A DNA stretch of 62,277 nt, filler included, from Clostridia bacterium (GTDB lineage Bacteria; CBDUZB01; JAGLHV01), in NCBI GenBank assembly GCA_030637025.1. It is 4 parts of 4 records of this genome, joined end to end, with 100 filler letters (N's around TTAATTAATTAA, not from the genome) between each part and the next. Parts side by side here need not be neighbours in the genome. Positions count along the whole stretch, not along the records: positions 16,677 to 35,238 come from DAOVVV010000041.1; 3 more parts are not named here. One strand, written 5' to 3'. Made by a program: the position numbers and the translations under genes. The notes beneath the pieces were generated by a model that worked only from the letters and a program-made list of their open reading frames with translations, was not told the DNA's origin and made no database searches. Positions 16,677-26,955 of this stretch are shown in pieces. The stretch's first letter is position 1. Every line of letters starts with the position of its first letter.

Positions 16677-18810
16677 GAGGAAAAATATATCCTCCTATTC
16701 CATCACAAAGACAATTTACTTCATTCTTGTTTTGCTTAGCAAATTCTATCATCGCTTTAGGGGACATACCGGTCCTATAAACTTTTGCCTTATACTTTTG
16801 AGCCATTTTTTCCACAACACGGGAAACATTTACCGGAACGGCTATATTCCCACCCATTGTCTTTAAAACTAATAAAATGACTATGGCTAAAGCGATATCA
16901 TTCCTGATGATATTTCCCTTTTCATCAACAAGAAAAACTTTTTCCGCTCCCGTATCTAATAAAAAACCGGCATCCGCTTTTAAAGTTGTCCCAATAGAAG
17001 ATACTTGTTTCAGGGAAGAATCAAAGTCTTCTTTGTTTTTACTAATCTTTGTCTCATCAAGATGAGCATTAAGCGCTACTACATCACATCCTAATTTTCC
17101 AAAAATAGAGGGAAAAATAAACGAAGCACTACTAAAGGCATAATCCAAAACTATTTTAAATCCTGCCTCTATTATAACATCCTTATTTATATAATTTAAG
17201 AACCCTTCTTTATAATATTGATTGGCTTGATGAGGAAGACTGATAGAACCAATTTTAGATGAATTTATCCTTTTAAAATCCTCTCTGGAAAATAACTGTT
17301 CAATTGCCCGTTCCTGCTTGCTGGAAATATCTATCCCTTGATAATCAAAAAACTTAATATCCATCATTTGAGATTCATAAGGAGAAATCCTTACATGAAT
17401 TCCCCCTTTTTCTCTTTCCTTTCCTAATTCATATCTCACTACCGGTATAGGTGAAGTTCTTAAATCCCCTACATGGATTCCTGCCGACATCAAACCGGAA
17501 ATAATTGCCCTTTTTATCATCCTGGAAGCACGATGACTATCCCGACTGGTTAAAACATATGCTCCCTCCCCGAGAAATGCACCATATGCCGCTCCTACCC
17601 GGGCAGCAAATTCAGGAGTAATTTCAACATTAATCAAACCGGTAATACCATACGCACCAAAAAGGTCCTTAAGCCACTTCTCTCCCCAAACTAAACTGGT
17701 GGAAAGAATTGCTCCGTCATCAATTATTTTATACGGCCAAACCTTTATATTCGCCTTAATTTCACTTTTTATTCCAATACTACATTCATCACCAATAACT
17801 ACTCCTTCATTAACAATTGCTTTTTTTTGTAAAAGTGTCCCGTAACCTATAGTACTTTCCTTTATTTCAACTTCTTTTCCTACCTTCACCCCATCCCACA
17901 AAACACACTTTGTAATTACTGCTCTCTCATCAATAATCACATTATTTCCAATAACAGAATTTTCTATTTCCACATTTCCCTTAATCTGACAACCCTTACC
18001 GATAATAACCTTTCCGGCTAATTTTACCGAAGGCGCAATTAAACTATCTTCTCCCACCCAATTTTCCTGACCGGTAGATTTTATTCCGGGAATATTAATC
18101 GACATTGACTGCTTTAACACATCAAAGTGTACCTGACGATATTCATTTAAACTTCCAATATCTTTCCAGTAGCCTTTAGCAATGTAACCATATAAAGATT
18201 TTTTGTTCTCTAATAAAAAGGAAAACAAATCTTTACTAAAATCAAATTTCTTATTAGCCGGAATATACTGTAAAACCTCCGGTTCTAATATATATATACC
18301 GGTATTAATTGTGTCTGAAAAAACTTCACCCCAATTAGGTTTTTCCAGAAATCTGGTTATCTTCCCTTTAGTATCGGTAATTACCACCCCAAAAGACAAG
18401 GGATTATTAACCCTGGTTAAAACTATTGTAGCCAGAGATTTTTTTTGTTTATGAAACTTTATAGCCTCCTGAAGATTAAAATCAGTTAACACATCTCCAC
18501 TAATAACAATAAACGTTTCTTTTAACAAATGCTCCGCATTCTTAACACTCCCTGCCGTTCCCAAATCCGTTGCGGCAAACACATGAGATATTTTTACTCC
18601 AAAATTTTCACCATTTCCAAAATGGTTAGTAATTACTCCCGGCTGATAATAAAGAATAGACAAAATATCATCAATATTATTTTTTTTTAAAAGTTCTACA
18701 ATATGTTCCATAATGGGCTTATTCGCTATAGGAACCATCGGCTTGGGAATATTACAGGTTAAAGGACGCAATCGCGTACCAAATCCTCCCGCCATAATTA
18801 CTGCTTTCAT
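16677..18810 (-). CDS. Mannose-1-phosphate guanylyltransferase / phosphomannomutase-like fusion, 3' truncated
   Basis: MAGGFGTRLRPLT...PKP, left-handed beta-helix, then PGM/PMM-like domains; runs into the spacer. Confidence 0.9.
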
Positions 18811-18889
18811 TACATAAATCTCCTTTTATTACTTTTTTTATTAAATAAATCAATAAACCCCATCAATTTTTAAATAATCCTTTCCCTTA

Positions 18890-19630
18890 TTAATACTTGA
18901 CTCGAATCAAGGTTAATCCCTTTGCCAGAGCGGTAGGACCTGCAAATTTTCTATCCCGCTTATTTAAGATATCCTTTATATCATCCGCCTGAAATTTACC
19001 TCTGCCTACTTCAACTAACGTCCCCACTATATTTCTCACCATTTTATATAAAAAATTTGTTCCCTCTATCAAAAAAATACAATATTCACCTTTTCTTTTT
19101 ATCTTAAACTTTAAAATCCTGCATCTTTTGTTTTTGTTTCCACTTCTTGCTGCACAAAAAGAAGAAAAATCATGCTCACCAATAAAATATTCCGCTCCTT
19201 TTTGCATTGATTTAATATCTAAAACATATGAAACCTGCCAGATAAAACGATGATGAATTGCTGATGAAAAAAAACTATTCAGAATTTTATATTCGTATAT
19301 TTTACTCCTGCTTGAATACCGGGAATGAAAATCCAAAGGAACTTCCTCTATTGCAATGATAACAATATCCACAGGTAAAAGACTATTTAAGGCTTTTTGT
19401 AAATTCTGTAACTTTATTTTTTTTTCAGTTTTAAAATTAGCTGCCTGTCCTTGAGCATGAACGCCTGCATCAGTCCTGGCCGCACCAATCAAGGAAATCT
19501 TTTTGCCTAAAACTTTTCCTAAGGCTTTTTCCAATATTCTCTGTATGGTTTTAACTTTCTTTCCTTTTTGTATCTGCCAACCGGAATAATTTGTACCATC
19601 GTATTCAATAATTAGTTTTATATTACGCAC
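18890..19630 (-). CDS. truA: tRNA pseudouridine(38-40) synthase
   Basis: EYDGTNYSGWQ, RTDAGVHA, FLYKMVR; likely GTG start at 19630. Confidence 0.96.
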   Translation of the reverse strand: MRNIKLIIEYDGTNYSGWQIQKGKKVKTIQRILEKALGKVLGKKISLIGAARTDAGVHAQGQAANFKTEKKIKLQNLQKALNSLLPVDIVIIAIEEVPLDFHSRYSSRSKIYEYKILNSFFSSAIHHRFIWQVSYVLDIKSMQKGAEYFIGEHDFSSFCAARSGNKNKRCRILKFKIKRKGEYCIFLIEGTNFLYKMVRNIVGTLVEVGRGKFQADDIKDILNKRDRKFAGPTALAKGLTLIRVKY

Positions 19631-19653
19631 TTTATCTATCTTTTTCAATTTTA

Positions 19654-20667
19654 TCAGATAATCTCTTTCTCGACTAAACACTCTGCAATCTGAACGGCAT
19701 TTAAGGCCGCCCCTTTTAATAAATTATCACTAACAATCCACAAATTTAATCCATTTTCAACACTTGTATCCGATCGAATCCGTCCTACAAAAGTTTCTTC
19801 TTTATTGGCACAATAAAGAGGTAGAGGGTATTTTAATTTAGCAATATCATCCCATACTATTATTCCACAAGACTCAGATAGAATATTTTTCACTTCTTCA
19901 GGAGAAATCTTTTTTTCCGTTTCAATATTTACCGATTCGGAATGCCCCCTAAAAACAGGAACCCTTACACAAGTAGCAGTAACTTTTATAGATTCGTCAT
20001 TCATAATCTTTTGAGTTTCTTTTACCATTTTAATTTCTTCCCTGGTATATCCGTTCTCTCCAAAAACATCAATATGGGGAATGACATTATAAGCAATCTG
20101 ATAAGGAAAAACTTTACAATCTGTTTTCTTATCGGTTATATCTGCATCCTTCTGGTTTTGTAGTTCCAGCATTGCTTCTTTTCCCGCTCCGGATACAGCC
20201 TGATAAGTAGAAACGACTACCCTTTTTATCCCTGCTGAGCGATGAATAGGATTTAAAACTACTACCATCTGGATAGTAGAGCAATTAGGATTGGCAATGA
20301 TTTTTTTTCCCTTAGATAAAGTATGTGCATTTACCTCCGGAACAACTAAAGGAACATCTTCATCCATCCGCCATGCACTGGAATTATCAATTACAAATAC
20401 CCCTTCTTTACTGGCTATAGGAGCAAACTTTTTAGATATTTCAGATCCGGCAGAAAATAATGCAATTTCTATCCCGTTAAAAGAATTATCTTTTAGTTCT
20501 TCTATCTTTATTTCTTTTCCGCAAAATTTTCCTGTTTTCCCTATCGAACGTTGAGAAGCCAAAAGTTTTAGACTGGCTACAGGAAACTTTCTTTTTTCCA
20601 GCATCCTTACCATTTCCTGCCCCACTACACCGGTTGCCCCTACTACTGCAACATTATAATTTTTCAT
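19654..20667 (-). CDS. asd: Aspartate-semialdehyde dehydrogenase
   Basis: GATGVVG, ANPNCST, DNLLKGAALNAVQI; likely ATG 20667. Confidence 0.97.
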   Translation of the reverse strand: MKNYNVAVVGATGVVGQEMVRMLEKRKFPVASLKLLASQRSIGKTGKFCGKEIKIEELKDNSFNGIEIALFSAGSEISKKFAPIASKEGVFVIDNSSAWRMDEDVPLVVPEVNAHTLSKGKKIIANPNCSTIQMVVVLNPIHRSAGIKRVVVSTYQAVSGAGKEAMLELQNQKDADITDKKTDCKVFPYQIAYNVIPHIDVFGENGYTREEIKMVKETQKIMNDESIKVTATCVRVPVFRGHSESVNIETEKKISPEEVKNILSESCGIIVWDDIAKLKYPLPLYCANKEETFVGRIRSDTSVENGLNLWIVSDNLLKGAALNAVQIAECLVEKEII

Positions 20668-20700
20668 TTTTTCTACACCTTCCATTTTTATAATTGATGT

Positions 20701-20730
20701 ATTTTACACTAACTTCTTTATCGTTGTCAA
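20701..20730 (-). promoter_or_regulatory. Sigma70 promoter for asd-truA
   Basis: Minus strand TTGACA (20730-20725), 18 bp, TAAAAT (20706-20701). Confidence 0.55.
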
Positions 20731-21097
20731 GAAACTTTTATTTTAGATTTCTCCCTTTAAAAAAAATTGAAAAGATAATCTATAAAAAAGATTTTATCCC
20801 TTTTTAAAATACAGCTAAAAAGATAGTGTAAGATATGTTCCTATTGCCAGAACGAGGGGACAAAATTACAGGGAGATGAGGTAATTTAAATTTTTTATTT
20901 CTTTTCGTTGTCTTGACTCAATCTCTTTGCATTTGGAAATAGTTTCTTTGCGATTGGCAGTAATTCTTCCAGTAATTCCTTGCACCTTTTCTTCCTTTGG
21001 TTTTGGCATAGCGGTCAATTATTTTATGGCTGCTTCCAGAATGTTTTTTTTCTTTTTTAGTTTTTTATAGTTTATTTCTATGGATTCTAATTATTTT

Positions 21098-21166
21098 GAT
21101 GTCTTTGCTGAATCGTCTTTTAATTGTTAATCAGGGTTTTTGTTGTTTTCAAATCCATATTCTTTG
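21098..21166. repeat. 69-bp direct repeat, copy 1
   Basis: GATGTCTTTGCTGAATCGTCTTTT...ATATTCTTTG, 62/69 identical to 23832-23900. Confidence 0.85.
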
Positions 21167-21237
21167 ACGTCTGCCCCTTAGAGGTCTCCTATATTTGATC
21201 AAGAACCGTCCGCCAATAAGTAAATAGTGAATAATAC

Positions 21238-21369
21238 CTGCCCCTTGTTAGAGAACCTATGTATGACTGGATAAATTCCTTAACTGCTATTTCAATCATT
21301 AGATTCTAATAAAAAATTTATCATCGCCTTTTGTAGGTAACTTCATTTCTACCCTCTACCAAGGGGCAG
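21238..21369. mobile_element. Short inverted-repeat-bounded element (MITE-like)
   Basis: CTGCCCCTTGTTAGAG / CTCTACCAAGGGGCAG (15/16 IR); third partial copy CTGCCCCTTAGAG at 21171. Confidence 0.5.
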
Positions 21370-21559
21370 TTTTCAACTTTTTCAAAAATTGTTTTAATTA
21401 TTACTTTTTACTCTCTTAAATCATTCATATCTTCTTCCAAGTTAAATACAGATTTATCAGCAACTATATTTATTTCTATTATTCCATCATTTATAATCGC
21501 ATAACCTGTAAGAATACAAACTAAAAGAAAAGTTAACGTTCCAAATAGGATACTATAAT

Positions 21560-22069
21560 TTAGTCAACTTTAACTTGCGTAGATGTTAGCACATATGCAG
21601 CATAATATGAACCCTTTTTAAACTTAACATCCTTTCCTTTCTTAAAAATGGCAAGGACACAACAAAAAGCAGTTAATGCAACACTTCCTGCCAATTTACT
21701 TTGACCTTTTGCTCCCTTTGTTGAACTTATTTGCAATTGACTACCGTCAACTGCTTCAACAAACTGCAGTGTAACGACTAATTTTCCTGCAGTACCCACC
21801 ATTCCAGCTGCACTTACTTCAGAAACTTCGCCTATTGCGATTGCTCCTTTTTTTACTACAACTTTTCCATTGATCTTAGTATCAGAATCAACAGAAAATT
21901 TAATCCTCTGTCCAACTTGTGCTGTTTTAGATGATACAGTTTCGACTAATTTTAAATTGACAGGTGTACCTGTTGAAACCTTAATAATCTCTGCAGCAAC
22001 AGGTATACCTAAATTTCCTAACATAAGTAGTACTAATGCTAATTTAAAAAATCCGGTTATCATTTTCAT
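21560..22069 (-). CDS. Exported hypothetical protein (beta-rich, GTPVNLKL...SSKTAQVG family)
   Basis: Signal peptide; internal hydrophobic segment with CC. Confidence 0.75.
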   Translation of the reverse strand: MKMITGFFKLALVLLMLGNLGIPVAAEIIKVSTGTPVNLKLVETVSSKTAQVGQRIKFSVDSDTKINGKVVVKKGAIAIGEVSEVSAAGMVGTAGKLVVTLQFVEAVDGSQLQISSTKGAKGQSKLAGSVALTAFCCVLAIFKKGKDVKFKKGSYYAAYVLTSTQVKVD

Positions 22070-22087
22070 TTTTTCACCCCCTCTCTC

Positions 22088-22930
22088 TTAAGGTATTTCT
22101 ATTGGTTCAACATAAGTATTAATTAAATAATCATTATATCTTAAAGCTGCTCGACCAGAACCATAAATTCCACCCAAATGCCATCCAAATCCAATAATTG
22201 ATAAAAGTACCCCTGTGCCATCATTTTGACTTTGAAATGCAGAAATAGACCCATATAATAAAAGTCCTATCGTGCAAAAAGATGCCAGTCCAGAGTTAGG
22301 ACTTTTAGAATAAAAATATCCACTCCCCGGTATGATGGCAGATAAAATGCCAGCTTTTCGGGGAGAACAAAAACGGATACTTTCCCCTTTTTTAGCATTC
22401 AAAATTGCTTTCATTTTATATTCATTATACCGAAATTCCGACCCAATAGATTCAAACTCTTTTACTGCATTACTCCATTTTTTCATTCGCATCAAAGATA
22501 AACCACGATAAAATTGACTTACCCATTTTGTTGACTGCGGGCATTCATTAGGCATATTAAGTATTGCAATTGCTGATGAATATTCACCTATGTGATATTT
22601 TGATCTTCCTCGAAAATATCTACCAATATAATTTGATTCCATTGGAAAATCAAAATTTTCAACTTGTCCGGAAAGCTTCAATGCGTAATAGTAATCTTCG
22701 GACTTTTCAGCAAATTTTAACATTGTTTCAATAAGAGTTAATTCATTTCGTAAATTTGGAAAATAAAAAAAAGAGCGGAAATATTCTTCCGCAGCTAGTT
22801 TGAATTCACCGCGCAATGCTAATGTGTTACCATATTCAATTAAAGTTTTAGGTCCCAATTCACGGCAAGTGCCGATATTAACAGATAAACTTAAATAAAG
22901 CAGTATGATGACAATTTTTTTAAACATCAT
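22088..22930 (-). CDS. TPR-containing exported/membrane protein with C-terminal TM2-like hairpin
   Basis: TPR-like helices; SPRKAGILSAIIPGSGYFY motif; ATGA overlap with upstream gene. Confidence 0.7.
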   Translation of the reverse strand: MMFKKIVIILLYLSLSVNIGTCRELGPKTLIEYGNTLALRGEFKLAAEEYFRSFFYFPNLRNELTLIETMLKFAEKSEDYYYALKLSGQVENFDFPMESNYIGRYFRGRSKYHIGEYSSAIAILNMPNECPQSTKWVSQFYRGLSLMRMKKWSNAVKEFESIGSEFRYNEYKMKAILNAKKGESIRFCSPRKAGILSAIIPGSGYFYSKSPNSGLASFCTIGLLLYGSISAFQSQNDGTGVLLSIIGFGWHLGGIYGSGRAALRYNDYLINTYVEPIEIP

Positions 22931-23316
22931 TTTCTCTCCGGTAATGGATCATAAAGCAATAATTTACTATCCTTATGAATTAAAGGATACAAATATCTGT
23001 CGTGTCCACATCTATCCAAACGATCAACAATACATAAAAAACTTTTGAATGGACTTTGAGAGTTAATTGCCTGTAATCCATATGTTGAACAACTTGGATA
23101 CATTGGACAAAAGCTACGCACACCCTTTCCAATGACTTTCCTGTAACTCCAAACTATTACTTTTAAAGGAAAAGAAACAAAATCTTTAAGATTTTGTTTA
23201 TCTAGTTGCTTAATATCTTGATTTCCATAAACTATGTTCACTGATCCCAATAAAACAGAACAAATTAAAACAAATTTTGTGATATTTTTTATTCGTTCTA
23301 TTTCTAATTTCTTCAT
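22927..23316 (-). CDS. YidD-like (membrane protein insertion efficiency factor family) protein
   Basis: CPMYPSCSTYGLQAI...DRLDRC...YDP motif with an N-terminal signal/TM extension. Confidence 0.78.
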   Translation of the reverse strand: MKKLEIERIKNITKFVLICSVLLGSVNIVYGNQDIKQLDKQNLKDFVSFPLKVIVWSYRKVIGKGVRSFCPMYPSCSTYGLQAINSQSPFKSFLCIVDRLDRCGHDRYLYPLIHKDSKLLLYDPLPERK

Positions 23317-23340
23317 TCGTTTTTTCCAAAAATAATTTTT

Positions 23341-23640
23341 TCAAGTTTCAATATTTGGCGCAGGCAATTCTTTACCACAATGTTTACATATTTTTGCATC
23401 TGTCAAAATTTCTTCTGCACAAAAAAGACATTCTTTCTTTTTTCTTGATTTCCTGCCTTTTCGAATTGTTATTCCTGACCAAATAAAAAGTGCCATGCCC
23501 ATTAAAACAAAAAAAATATCCAGTTGAATTGTTAGCTACCAAAACACCAAGAATTAAAACGGCTGCTATTATTTACACAAAACAACCAGCGGCTCCGGTT
23601 GGCTTGGATATTTTTACCCTTTTTCCTGTTTTTTAATTTC
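23341..23640 (-). pseudogene. Frameshifted membrane zinc-ribbon protein
   Basis: Minus strand reads ...LMGMALFIWSGITIRKG...KECLFCAEEILTDAKICKHCGKEL...*; upstream TM-like segment is out of frame. Confidence 0.6.
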
Positions 23641-23831
23641 TTATTTTACTGTTTTCATCTTTTATATATCATATTTTAAAAAAGCATTCAAGGAGAAAAT
23701 CAACAGAGAAGTTTGTTTGCCGGAGTGGAATTATTTTTAGCCAGAGGCTGATCTTTGAAAGTGTGTGCGGTTTGTTTGCGAAGTAAGAGCGAAGCAAAGT
23801 AACTGATGCCTATGCGCCTCAGGAGGAAACG

Positions 23832-23900
23832 GATGTCTTTGCTGAATCGTCTTTTAGTTGTTGATCAGGGTTTTTGCGGTTTTCAATTTTATATTCTTTG
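23832..23900. repeat. 69-bp direct repeat, copy 2
   Basis: Matches 21098-21166; lies inside short minus ORF 23819-23929. Confidence 0.85.
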
Positions 23901-23956
23901 CCGAAAATTTTTGTGGTTAGTTTTACCATGGAAAGTCTCTTTTTTGCAATGAATTC

Positions 23957-24035
23957 TCCCCGCAGCTTACTGCGTGGATTCTAAGCTGATTTATTATTTG
24001 TAAAATCCCCCTGGCCCCCTTTTCAAAAGGGGGAA
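23957..24035 (+). repeat. Cluster of small palindromic repeats
   Basis: TCCCCGCAGCTTACTGCGTGGA (degenerate copy of 44368) and AAAATCCCCCTGGCCCCCTTTTCAAAAGGGGGAA (relative of 14841). Confidence 0.55.
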
Positions 24036-24438
24036 CTCAATATTGATGGTTGCCCTGTAGTATAATGCTTCAAAATTAATCCCGTAACAAACCTTAAATC
24101 TCTTACTTTTTCTACTCTTCTTAATAAGAAATCTTCCGGCACTTTTTTTATTAAATAAAAAGTTATAAAACATCTGTTTTTGATATGACTTTATTACCAT
24201 CATAAAAAAATTCCCTCCTGTTTTATAATAAACATATTACATCCTTTATTTCCGTCGAGAGCAATTATTTTTATCGTTAATAAACATAACCATTAATTGA
24301 TGATTCCGGCAACAGGCTCAATCGTGAAACTTCCCTGCTGAAAAAAAATATCTTGACTTTTAATAACTTAATGAAGTATACTAAAAAAACTTTTAAATTA
24401 GATATTTTTCCCTTGAAGTAAAAAAAATAATAATCACC

Positions 24439-24466
24439 TTGACAAACTTTATTTTTATGATATATT
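24439..24466 (+). promoter_or_regulatory. Sigma70 promoter for M23-bactofilin
   Basis: TTGACA 24439-24444, 16 bp, TGnTATATT ending 24466. Confidence 0.55.
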
Positions 24467-24542
24467 AATGAATAGAAGACTAAAAGGGTGAATTTGAAAG
24501 ACAATTCGGATGTTTTCAAATTTTCCGACGAAGGGGGAGGGA

Positions 24543-25472
24543 ATGAGGAGATTTAGTTTACATAAATTAATAAAAAAGAAACTGACGATTATGTTTATTC
24601 CCCACCACACCAATAAACCGCTAAAAGTCAGTATTCCTTCTATATTTATTTATTTTATCCTTACTTGCTGGGCAGGATTAACCGTTGGTTCTTTTTTCAT
24701 TACGACCCGCCATATAGATTATTTATCCACTAAACAGAAAAATAAAGCATTGCAGGAAAAAGTAGCATTCTTTATTCAGGAAACAGTCAAATCCCAAGAA
24801 CTCATTTCTCAGGTAGAAAAAATTGACTACCAATTAAGAAACATGGTTGCCTTAAATTCTAAAAAAATAATTAACCGGTATCCCTTTTATGCCAGTTATC
24901 TTCGTACTTATTTGGACTTAGGAAAAGGAGGTCCCAGCAAAAACGAACAGCAAGTTGTTGACAAATTGTTTCAAAGAAATCAATTTCGTAAAAGCAATAA
25001 AGAATTGCAAATTAATTCCAATCAACAAATAAAAAGTTTTTTAGAAATATCTAAATGCATTTTTCTGCAAAAAAGTATATTAGAAGCCACTCCCTGTATT
25101 TGGCCTACTTACGGTTATATTAGCTCCCGTTTTGGTTATAGAATTTCTCCGTTTAGTAACAAATCCGAGTTTCATACAGGTTTAGATATAGCAAACCGTA
25201 AAGGTTCTCCTGTTTGGACTACAGCAGACGGAATAATAACAGTAGCTCATAGAACAAAGGGATATGGATATGTAATAATAATCAAACATGGATATGGATT
25301 ATCTACTTATTATGCCCACAATTCCAAACTATTAGTTAAAGTAGGTGACTATGTAACACGTGGACAAATTATCAGCTACACAGGTAATACAGGTCGTTCC
25401 ACCGGCAATCACCTCCACTATGAAGTACGGGTACGGGGTAAGGCAGTAAATCCTATTTATTATCTAAAATAG
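24543..25472 (+). CDS. M23 family peptidoglycan endopeptidase
   Basis: TM + coiled coil; HTGLD, YAH, GNTGRSTGNHLHYEV; ATG 24543 after GGGGAGG. Confidence 0.93.
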   Translation: MRRFSLHKLIKKKLTIMFIPHHTNKPLKVSIPSIFIYFILTCWAGLTVGSFFITTRHIDYLSTKQKNKALQEKVAFFIQETVKSQELISQVEKIDYQLRNMVALNSKKIINRYPFYASYLRTYLDLGKGGPSKNEQQVVDKLFQRNQFRKSNKELQINSNQQIKSFLEISKCIFLQKSILEATPCIWPTYGYISSRFGYRISPFSNKSEFHTGLDIANRKGSPVWTTADGIITVAHRTKGYGYVIIIKHGYGLSTYYAHNSKLLVKVGDYVTRGQIISYTGNTGRSTGNHLHYEVRVRGKAVNPIYYLK

Positions 25473-25523
25473 GATTAAAAAAAACAATCCTTTTATTTCC
25501 CTGCAAAATAAAACAATAAAAAT

Positions 25524-25982
25524 ATGTTTATTAAAAAGGAGAAAAAAATGTTTAATGGTAAAAAAGAGGCGGACAAAATAGATGACAAAATAGAAACAAT
25601 TATTGGAGTTGATACAAACATAAAAGGAACTCTTGCTTCTAAAAGCAGCATTCGTATTGATGGAACCATAGAAGGAGATGTTATCAGCCACAAGGGTGGG
25701 GTTGTCCTGGGAGAAAAAGGGTTAATAAAAGGAAATATTAAAGCACAAACAGTAACAATCGGAGGAAAAATTATTGGTAATATCCATGTCGTACATAATA
25801 TTGACATTCAAGTTAAAGCCCATGTTCATGGAGATATATATGCTCAACAATTGGTTATTTCCGAAGGAGCCCTTTTTGAAGGAAATTGCACAATGAGCAA
25901 AGAAAAAGAAATTCCAAAAACAACTACAAATATAACAAAATCAAATATCGTTGAATTAGATGTGAATTCTAAAAAAAACTAG
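25524..25982 (+). CDS. Bactofilin (polymer-forming cytoskeletal protein)
   Basis: TIIG...IRIDGTIEG...GALFEGNC. Confidence 0.92.
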   Translation: MFIKKEKKMFNGKKEADKIDDKIETIIGVDTNIKGTLASKSSIRIDGTIEGDVISHKGGVVLGEKGLIKGNIKAQTVTIGGKIIGNIHVVHNIDIQVKAHVHGDIYAQQLVISEGALFEGNCTMSKEKEIPKTTTNITKSNIVELDVNSKKN

Positions 25983-26853
25983 CTATTATGGGTATAAGTG
26001 CCAGTGAAACTAAAGTACTAAAAATAACCATGAATGCGGTGTACTCAACCGCTCCATGGTATTTTTTAGCCAAAAGATATGTAGTAACTGCCGAAGGCAT
26101 CATAGAAGACATAATCAGTACGGGAATTATTTCCCCGGATAAATTAAATAAGTTGCTCAATAAATAAGCAACAAGCCCGCCACCACCCATACGCAAAACT
26201 ATACCCAGTCCCGTCATTTTAAATAAATGAACCGGAAATCTAACTAAACTTAATTGATACCCGACTAAAAAAAGGATAAAAGGAAAAATCAATACTTTCA
26301 TAATCTTATAAAAACCATGAAAATATCCGGGAATCGAAACATTTATATAATTTAAAAACAGACCTAAAATTGCCGCATAAATTATAGGCATTTTCAAGAT
26401 TTGTTTAAAATTTCTCTTTTTACTTATTAAGAATATCCCCACTGTATACATAAGTAAACCCATCGCTATATCATAAATAACCGCATATTCACAACCTTTC
26501 TCTCCCCATAATAAGGTATTCACCGGAATAGCTAAATACCCTGAATTCATAAACATTATCGGAAGACAGATTTCCCTAAAATGTTTTCTAATAACTAAAG
26601 AAAAGAAAAAAGAAAAAAACGCACCGCCTAAAATCACTCCTGAGACAATAAGAAAAATATTTGTTATCAAGTGCAAGTCTGAATTATTTTTCCAAATAAC
26701 TAAAAATATAAAGAGTGGATAAACAAAATAAATAAAAAAATCTATTATTTTATGCGTAACACCCTCTAAATTTATTTTTTTTATCTTTATCTTTCCAAAA
26801 CAAAATCCTAAAAATATAAAAATAAAAATTTTAAAAATTAAATCAAAAAACAT
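25969..26853 (-). CDS. AEC (auxin efflux carrier) family transporter
   Basis: FMNSGYLAIP, MPSAV motifs; multiple TM. Confidence 0.88.
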   Translation of the reverse strand: MFFDLIFKIFIFIFLGFCFGKIKIKKINLEGVTHKIIDFFIYFVYPLFIFLVIWKNNSDLHLITNIFLIVSGVILGGAFFSFFFSLVIRKHFREICLPIMFMNSGYLAIPVNTLLWGEKGCEYAVIYDIAMGLLMYTVGIFLISKKRNFKQILKMPIIYAAILGLFLNYINVSIPGYFHGFYKIMKVLIFPFILFLVGYQLSLVRFPVHLFKMTGLGIVLRMGGGGLVAYLLSNLFNLSGEIIPVLIMSSMMPSAVTTYLLAKKYHGAVEYTAFMVIFSTLVSLALIPIIASFF

Positions 26854-26955
26854 CTTCTTTCCTTTGCATCAAAAAACTCTTGCATTTGTTTTAAATTTAA
26901 GTTAATATAATAACTTGTAAAAATATATAACTCATTCCAAAGGGGAACATCTAAA

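Noticed and set aside
23819-23929. ZapA identity for the short ORF (TKIFGKEYKI resembles ZapA N-termini)
   Set aside because: Match too short and the remainder lacks ZapA features; left unassigned
23994-24519. Minus-strand ORFs 23994-24203 and 24277-24519
   Set aside because: AT-rich intergenic/promoter and repeat sequence with no protein-like features
25493-25807. Antisense ORFs over bactofilin, PGM (59138-59575), batD (39334-39756) and others
   Set aside because: Fully overlap well-supported genes; no motifs or RBS
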